Source of the DNA: Patescibacteria group bacterium
GTDB lineage: Bacteria > Patescibacteriota > Minisyncoccia > UBA6257 > 02-FULL-45-10c
Assembly (NCBI GenBank): GCA_018969615.1
Contig: JAGWYA010000003.1
Location: 15,038-79,037, forward strand
DNA length: 64,000 bases
Reading direction: 5' to 3'
Positions 58,571 to 64,000 of this stretch are shown piece by piece. The notes under the pieces are model-generated. The model ran no database searches and was not told the origin of the DNA. It saw only the letters and a list, made by a program, of their open reading frames with translations. The position numbers and the translations under genes are program-made. Position 1 is the stretch's first letter, and every line of letters starts with the position of its first letter.

Positions 58571-59647
58571 TTATTTTAAAGGTTTTATCCCGAGACCGAT
58601 CGCGACCGCGAGCTCCGGACCGAGCTCTCCCACCAGCGGTTCCATCGATGAGGGGTAATGGATCTGTGAAAAAGGATTCGCTTTTGTCGTCGGAAGTCCC
58701 ATCTGGTCCTGGACGTACGAAATGATGCCCAGAAGATTAGCGGTCCCTCCCGTCACAATGACCTGCTCTACCTTATCAGTATACCCTTTTTCATAATTAT
58801 TCCTAACTCGTTGCGCCTCGCTGATGATCACATCAAGGATCGGAAGCATAAGCGTCGACAGTTCGAACTCGCCGCCGGAACCTTTGAGGCCCCGCAGCTT
58901 CTTCAGGTCCTCGGCGCGGCGGACGCGGATGTTCAAGCCTGATGCGATGGTTTGCGTCAGCGATCCGCCGGCAAAATCGGTCTGTCCGATGGACAAGAGA
59001 TTGCCGTTTTTGGCGATCGCGATGCTGGTCGAGCGCGATCCGATATCCAGGATAAGCGTCGTCTGCTTGCTCGCCGATGAAAGGATGCGCGCATTGCTCA
59101 AGCCCTCCACTTCAAGCGAGGCGAGCGTCAGTCCGGCTCCTTTGAAGATCGCCTGATATTTTTTGATCTGTTCGTTCGGCACCGAAACCAGCAGTACCTG
59201 CTGGATCGTGTTCCCCTGCTCATCCTTCCGCTCGCCAACCTTGATCCAGTCGATCGTCACCGCCGAGATCGGCAGCGGGATATACTGCTTTGCCTGGAAC
59301 TGCATCGCTTTCGTCGTATCCTCGCTGGACATCTGCGGGATCTCAAGCAGGGTCGTGAAGGATGAGAAGGTCGGAAGCGACGCGACAACGCGCGTGCTTT
59401 TCACGTTGCTGTTCTTGATCAGGATCTTCAGCAGCTGGATCATATCCCGGTCCAGCATTTTCAGCGTGCTCGTCTGCAGCGCATTATTAAGGCGCTCCAA
59501 ATGTCCGTAGCTCTCCAAAAATCCGTAGTTCATCAATTCGAACGAGCTGTTCGCGCGGCGAAGTTCGACGACCTTAATGGACGTGGTGCCGATATCAACG
59601 CCGAGATAACTTTTTTCTGAAAAAAGAGAGCTGAAAAGATTAGGCAT
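58571..59647 (-). CDS. pilM: PilM actin-like pilus assembly ATPase
   Basis: YLGVDIGTTSIKVVEL actin-fold phosphate-1 motif; start set at ATG 59647 (longer track ORF would run into comF promoter region). Confidence 0.8.
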   Translation of the reverse strand: MPNLFSSLFSEKSYLGVDIGTTSIKVVELRRANSSFELMNYGFLESYGHLERLNNALQTSTLKMLDRDMIQLLKILIKNSNVKSTRVVASLPTFSSFTTLLEIPQMSSEDTTKAMQFQAKQYIPLPISAVTIDWIKVGERKDEQGNTIQQVLLVSVPNEQIKKYQAIFKGAGLTLASLEVEGLSNARILSSASKQTTLILDIGSRSTSIAIAKNGNLLSIGQTDFAGGSLTQTIASGLNIRVRRAEDLKKLRGLKGSGGEFELSTLMLPILDVIISEAQRVRNNYEKGYTDKVEQVIVTGGTANLLGIISYVQDQMGLPTTKANPFSQIHYPSSMEPLVGELGPELAVAIGLGIKPLK

Positions 59648-59686
59648 AGCTTGCGCGGCGAAAGCGCTTAGTTCTATTATATCAGA

Positions 59687-60418
59687 ATGCGCGACCGCAT
59701 AAAAACGCTTGTACGCAATGCGTTGCGGGGAAAGGAGCTTCTGCTCGACATCCTCTTTCCCCCGGCGTGTCTTCATTGCGCGAGATCGACCCCCTCAGGC
59801 ACGGCACTGCTCTGCGATGCCTGCATGCGGACGATCACTGTGCACACCACTTTTTTCTGCGCTGAATGCAAAGCGCGGCTTCCCGAGAATATAAAGACGT
59901 GTCATAAGGCGGCGCCCTTCATTCTTGCCGCCGTTACCAATTACGACGAGGCCGTCAAAAGTTCCGTCCATCAATTCAAATACCGCCGCTGGACCTCGGT
60001 CATGTCGGTCTTCGCTCCGCTGATCGAAACCTATCTTGACCGCTGCGGTCTGCACGAAAGCGACGCTCTGATCGTTCCGATCCCGCTGCATCCGTCCCGG
60101 CTTCGTGACCGCGGATTCAATCAGGCCGCTCTTATCGCACGCGTTGTAGCGCACAAGCTCGGCGCCCCGCTCCGGCCGGAGCTTTTAAAGCGCGTGCGGC
60201 AAACGCACGCGCAAGCGGAACTGACTGATTGGCAAGCCCGGGCCGAAAATCTTGCGAACGCATTTTCCGTTCCGGACGGTGTATCATTTGAAAACAAGAG
60301 CATCATCCTCGTGGATGATGTCTATACCTCCGGCGCAACGATGCGTGACGCCGCCCGCGCGCTCCGCGCCGCCGGCGCGCGCAAGATCATCGCATTCGTG
60401 GTCGCAAAGACCGGATAG
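59687..60418 (+). CDS. comF: ComF-family competence protein (double zinc ribbon + phosphoribosyltransferase domain)
   Basis: CLHCA...CDAC / CAEC...C zinc ribbons; PRTase motif ILVDDVYTSGATM. Confidence 0.8.
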   Translation: MRDRIKTLVRNALRGKELLLDILFPPACLHCARSTPSGTALLCDACMRTITVHTTFFCAECKARLPENIKTCHKAAPFILAAVTNYDEAVKSSVHQFKYRRWTSVMSVFAPLIETYLDRCGLHESDALIVPIPLHPSRLRDRGFNQAALIARVVAHKLGAPLRPELLKRVRQTHAQAELTDWQARAENLANAFSVPDGVSFENKSIILVDDVYTSGATMRDAARALRAAGARKIIAFVVAKTG

Positions 60419-61402
60419 CTATTTTTTCCTGCTCTCAAACCAGGCGACGGTTCGTTTCAATCCTTCATCGAAAGAAACGGTCGGTTTGTACCCGAACCAT
60501 TTCCGCGCTTTGGAGATATCCGCATGCGTATGGCGCACATCCCCTTTCCGCGGCGGTCGGCGGTCCAGTACCAGCTTCCGTCCGGTGTATTTTTCGATCA
60601 GGCGCTTCACTTCATTGACCGTGGTCCGTTCGCCGTGCGCGATATTGAACACTTCGCCGTGGAACGGCTTTTTCGATCGCATCGCCAGAATGTTCGCCTG
60701 CACGATATTGTCGACATAGCAGAAGTCGCGCGATTGGTTTCCATCGCCCTCAATAAACGCTTTTTTATGCTTTGGAAAATAGAGCGCCTCCAGCCATGCC
60801 GAGACGACCGTTGAATAGGCTGAATCACCGTACTGCCACGGACCGAATGCATTGAAGTATCGGAGCGATACTGTATCCAATCCGTACAAACGCGAGAAAA
60901 CCCGGCAGATCGGTTCGATCGCATATTTTTGCGCACCGTACGGCGATTGCGGGTTCGGGAGATTCTCCGATTCTTTAGTCGGCAGCAGTTTGGCGCCGCC
61001 GTACACCGATGACGACGAAGAGAAAATGAACCGCTTGGTGGCGTGGTTCTTTGCGGCTTCCAATAACGCGATCGTCCCGACAATATTCACCTCGCTGGTC
61101 TCGCGGGGATGCTCCACCGAATAGGAGACGCGCGGGATCGCCGCAAAATGGAACACATACTCCGGCTTATATTTTTTAAACGTTGCTTCAAGCCGGCGGA
61201 CGTTCAAAATAGAATATTCAAAAAAAACGAACTTACCGCCGATCTCTTTCGAAAGCCGTTGAACGATATCCCGCCGTCCGGAGGAAAAGTCGTCGATCCC
61301 GATGATCCTGGTCTGCGGAAATTCCTTATGGAACTGCCGCACGAGATTACTGCCAATGAATCCTGCGCACCCGGTCACGAGAATTGATTTTGGATGAGTC
61401 AT
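60419..61402 (-). CDS. NAD-dependent epimerase/dehydratase (UDP-glucose 4-epimerase-like, extended SDR)
   Basis: ILVTGCAGFIGSNL Rossmann motif, YGAQKYAIE YxxxK catalytic motif. Confidence 0.8.
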   Translation of the reverse strand: MTHPKSILVTGCAGFIGSNLVRQFHKEFPQTRIIGIDDFSSGRRDIVQRLSKEIGGKFVFFEYSILNVRRLEATFKKYKPEYVFHFAAIPRVSYSVEHPRETSEVNIVGTIALLEAAKNHATKRFIFSSSSSVYGGAKLLPTKESENLPNPQSPYGAQKYAIEPICRVFSRLYGLDTVSLRYFNAFGPWQYGDSAYSTVVSAWLEALYFPKHKKAFIEGDGNQSRDFCYVDNIVQANILAMRSKKPFHGEVFNIAHGERTTVNEVKRLIEKYTGRKLVLDRRPPRKGDVRHTHADISKARKWFGYKPTVSFDEGLKRTVAWFESRKK

Positions 61403-61507
61403 ATTATGTGTAACTCACGCGCCGAATAAAAAGTTTTGCGCCTAGAAGCGAAATCTGAATTCACGCATACTCCAAAAAATATAAGAAGGTGATTTTATAA
61501 TGCCAAC

Positions 61508-61849
61508 TCAAAATTGACCAGTGTATTTTATTCCTTGGTCATTTAAGCAAATTACCTGGATATTAGAAGTTGATTCATTATAAAGAAAATCATGTTGCCC
61601 CGTCTTAGGATCGGGCTGTGTTGTAAATGACTGCTGAGTACCATTTTGAACATAAGTCCACGTACACGTAGAGTGAGCGCCTGGAACATAAAGATAATAT
61701 TCGCCTAATCCAGTATACGGTGAAGTTTCCGACAGAACAGAAATCGTCCGCTGCTGATTTGCCGGGAATCCCTGAAGAGCACTGCTAAATAAAACGAAAA
61801 TCCCCAGCGTAATGAAAACAGTAATAATGGTTGGGATAAGTCTTTTCAT
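61508..61849 (-). CDS. Hypothetical small secreted protein (113 aa) in AT-rich islet
   Basis: Signal/TM IITVFITLGIFVLFSSA. Confidence 0.4.
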   Translation of the reverse strand: MKRLIPTIITVFITLGIFVLFSSALQGFPANQQRTISVLSETSPYTGLGEYYLYVPGAHSTCTWTYVQNGTQQSFTTQPDPKTGQHDFLYNESTSNIQVICLNDQGIKYTGQF

Positions 61850-61852
61850 TTT

Positions 61853-62146
61853 TTATTGCTTAACTTTTCCAATAAGAATATTGACTCTATTCCTTCCAAA
61901 TCCGTTTGCTTGGTAAGTTTCCTCAAAAGTATTTATAATCGTATATTTCCCAGTATTTAATTTTTGTCTTACGGCATCAAGTTGATTCACTACATTCCCT
62001 GCGCTTCCCGCAATAGTGTACATTTCCAAATCATAGTAAACCCTCGTTTTATACCAGCTTTTTATAGAGATCACCAGCGCCATAACACTAATAACCAATG
62101 CTGGCGCATTATTTAAAAGCCAATTCGATATATTTATCCAAGTCAT
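61853..62146 (-). CDS. Hypothetical membrane-anchored protein (97 aa) in AT-rich islet
   Basis: N-terminal TM APALVISVMALVISI. Confidence 0.4.
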   Translation of the reverse strand: MTWINISNWLLNNAPALVISVMALVISIKSWYKTRVYYDLEMYTIAGSAGNVVNQLDAVRQKLNTGKYTIINTFEETYQANGFGRNRVNILIGKVKQ

Positions 62147-62169
62147 GAATAAAAAAATCTTTCTATTTA

Positions 62170-62254
62170 TGGTGCCCAGGAGAGGATTCGAACCTCCACG
62201 CCTTGCGGCGCTACCACCTCAAGGTAGTGCGTCTGCCAGTTTCGCCACCTGGGC
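62170..62254 (-). tRNA. tRNA-Leu (anticodon GAG), long variable arm, CCA encoded
   Basis: Reverse complement GCCCAGGTGGCGAAACTGGCAGACGCACTACCTTGAGGTGGTAGCGCCGCAAGGCGTGGAGGTTCGAATCCTCTCCTGGGCACCA. Confidence 0.8.
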
Positions 62255-62295
62255 ATCGGTATTTGAAGCTATCCGTATTGTAAAGCAAAATCCTA

Positions 62296-62324
62296 AAAAC
62301 GCAAACGGCCCCGAAAGGGCCGTT
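62296..62324 (-). terminator. Intrinsic terminator after rplS (aacggcccc-gaaa-gggccgtt + T-run on minus strand)
   Basis: Seen in sequence. Confidence 0.65.
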
Positions 62325-62345
62325 GTGCATAGATCCAGGAAAGGG

Positions 62346-62672
62346 TTATTTCGCCGTTCCCATTTTCTGGCGCGTTTCCTTGCGGGAAAGCTCGCGAACA
62401 TAGTAAAGCTTTGAGCGACGAACCTTTTTCGGCGCATCGATCACCTCCACTTTTTCGATCAGCGGCGAGTTGATAGGAAACACCTTTTCCACGCCAACGC
62501 CGGCAATGGTCGAACGAACCATGAACGAAGCGCCCTGTTCAGAGCCATGCTTGCGGGAAAGGACCAGGCCGGAGAACTGAGCCACGCGCTCTTTGTCCCC
62601 TTCTTTCACTTTCTCGAACACCTTAACGGTGGCACCCGGCTTTATTTTCGGAAGTATTGCTTGAGCGATCAT
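62346..62672 (-). CDS. rplS: 50S ribosomal protein L19
   Basis: KIKPGATVKVFEKVKEGDKERVAQFSGLVLSRKHGSEQGASFMVR canonical bL19. Confidence 0.9.
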   Translation of the reverse strand: MIAQAILPKIKPGATVKVFEKVKEGDKERVAQFSGLVLSRKHGSEQGASFMVRSTIAGVGVEKVFPINSPLIEKVEVIDAPKKVRRSKLYYVRELSRKETRQKMGTAK

Positions 62673-62799
62673 AATGTCATTTATAGTACCCTTTTCCCGC
62701 CGGGATTGTCAATGATCAAAAATCAATGGGAAAAATCCCCTTACAATGGTATTTTGATAAGGTATGGCCGACCCACGCCCCTCCCGTCCGCGGAGAACA

Positions 62800-64000
62800 A
62801 TGCACGATATCCGCAAACCTGTAAAGCCGGGCGCGAACTTTCCGTATCCGCTCCCGGAAACCTACTCCGCGCGGCGCATGGTTCATGCTATCCGAAAGCG
62901 CCTGACACGCAAGGCGCTTCTCACCGCATTGGGGATCCTGGCCGGCGGCTATCTGATCATGCTTGCGGTCTTCGCGCATTCGGCATGGAATGCCGTCGAA
63001 ACAGCAAAGAACGCCCTTCCCGAACTGAGGGCCGCGGCGGAGCATTTTGATACCGGCGCTGCGGTCGCCAAACTCGATACTATTTCACAAACGATCGATA
63101 CCGCCACCCAGCAGGCGGAGCTTTCCGGGATCTCCGTGATCGCATCGGTCCTGGGGATCGTCATTCCCCCGCTCCGGGAGGTCCCTCCGCTGCTTTCCAA
63201 TATCGCGACGCTCAATACAAAAACCCTTGCGCTTGCGAACGATATCAATGAGCTCAAAACCGGCGGCATTGCCATGGTTATGGGCCGGCACGGCTCCGAT
63301 CTGATCGATCTTCTGACGCGGACCGATGCGGATATGAAAACGATCAGCGCGACCGACAGCGCGCTCTCAGCCCAATCGGACCAGCTCGGACGGGATTCCG
63401 CAACGCTCGCCTCGCTCATCCGTCCGCTGACCGATAAATATATGACGATCAACTCCCATCTTGCCGAAGCCGAGAACTTCCTCGATTCACTGATCGCGCT
63501 CCTGCGCCAGCCGGGCGAGGTCCATCTCGCGCTGTTGCTCCAAAATCCGACCGAGATCCGTCCCGGCGGCGGCTTTCTCGGAAGCTTCGGCGACATCGTT
63601 CTGCAAAACGGAAGCCTGGAAGCGGTCCATATCGATGACATCTATAATGCCGACCGCCAGCTCACGGTCAAAGTACTTCCCCCGCCTGAGCTCGCCGGTA
63701 TCACGCCGACCTGGGGTGCGCGGGATGCAAATTGGTTCTTTGATTTCCCGACCTCGGCGCAGAAGGTCATGGACCTTCTCCAGGCCTCGCAATTATTCCA
63801 ACAGCCGCAGCAGGTCACGTTCCAGGGCGCGATCGCGGTGAACACGAATGTCCTGCAGTCCATTCTCGCCGCAACCGGACCGGTCACGCTCGACCACTAC
63901 GGCCTGACGGTCACCGCGGATAACTTCCTCCCCGAGCTCCAGCGGGAAGTTGAAACGGGTCCCGATAAGAAACCGGGACAGAACCCGAAGCGGATCCTCT
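62800..64000 (+). CDS. DUF4012-family membrane protein, 5' part (runs off the window end; no stop within window so absent from ORF track)
   Basis: Manual translation: MHDIRKP...LTALGILAGGYLIMLAVFA TM helix; NPTEIRPGGGFLGSFGDIVLQNGSL matches the DUF4012 NPAE(L/I)RxTGGFxGS motif; alternative start ATG 62764. Confidence 0.6.
   Translation, partial: MHDIRKPVKPGANFPYPLPETYSARRMVHAIRKRLTRKALLTALGILAGGYLIMLAVFAHSAWNAVETAKNALPELRAAAEHFDTGAAVAKLDTISQTIDTATQQAELSGISVIASVLGIVIPPLREVPPLLSNIATLNTKTLALANDINELKTGGIAMVMGRHGSDLIDLLTRTDADMKTISATDSALSAQSDQLGRDSATLASLIRPLTDKYMTINSHLAEAENFLDSLIALLRQPGEVHLALLLQNPTEIRPGGGFLGSFGDIVLQNGSLEAVHIDDIYNADRQLTVKVLPPPELAGITPTWGARDANWFFDFPTSAQKVMDLLQASQLFQQPQQVTFQGAIAVNTNVLQSILAATGPVTLDHYGLTVTADNFLPELQREVETGPDKKPGQNPKRIL

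Noticed and set aside
59648-59776. 43-aa N-terminal extension of PilM in the track ORF
   Set aside because: It would run through the divergent comF promoter region; the actin-fold motif begins right after the internal ATG at 59647
62949-63841. Minus-strand ORFs (230 aa, 101 aa, 81 aa) and the plus ORF 62547-63050 at the window end
   Set aside because: A continuous plus-strand frame with a DUF4012-type NPxEIRPGGGF motif and N-terminal TM helix explains the region

Overview
This 64 kb window reads as one contiguous chromosomal segment of a small-genome bacterium, at roughly 50-55% GC by eye, with nearly all genes on the minus strand. It appears monoderm: the type IV pilus cluster has no secretin, a DUF4012-family envelope gene is present and ComF is encoded; this is inference and I cannot assign taxonomy. 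The sequence supports the following.

Housekeeping backbone:
- rpmG (55 aa) and rpmF (54 aa) were both missed by the ORF track because they fall under its 60-aa cutoff.
- A tRNA cluster (two Thr, Tyr) sits at the left end. Further tRNAs: Met(CAT), a probable initiator fMet(CAT), Asp(GTC) and Leu(GAG).
- The core genes are tsf, rpsB, trmD, a KH-domain protein, rpsP, a short SMC, ftsH, rnc, nusB, dnaE, thrS, gatB, a dGTPase-like HD-domain hydrolase, tmk, rplK-nusG-secE, gyrB, pheS-X-pheT, xth, ligA-gatC-gatA and rplS.

Accessory content:
- A complete type IV pilus or competence-pilus cluster is present: pilM-N-O, a small membrane gene, pilB-pilT-pilC-pilA-pilD, and three pseudopilins. ComF is encoded divergently next to it, and a PilX-like minor pilin and secreted proteins lie upstream.
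- A five-gene membrane operon (PaaK-like adenylating enzyme, two UbiA-family prenyltransferases, an NDT-like protein, an Lnt-like N-acyltransferase) sits next to an ICMT-family methyltransferase and an ammonia-lyase. This is the best candidate for an undescribed lipid or envelope modification system.
- A 36-aa acidic peptide gene with a strong ribosome-binding site and its own terminator lies beside an M16 peptidase.
- About 150-220 bp elements sit beside three tRNA loci. Two of them end in exact 20-21 bp duplications of the adjacent tRNA 3' end, which looks like an integrase-type footprint.

The recognisable promoters follow the pattern TTGACA-17-TATACT. Their -10 boxes lie only 6-8 nt upstream of the start codon, which implies leaderless mRNAs. 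I found no rRNA and no CRISPR array.
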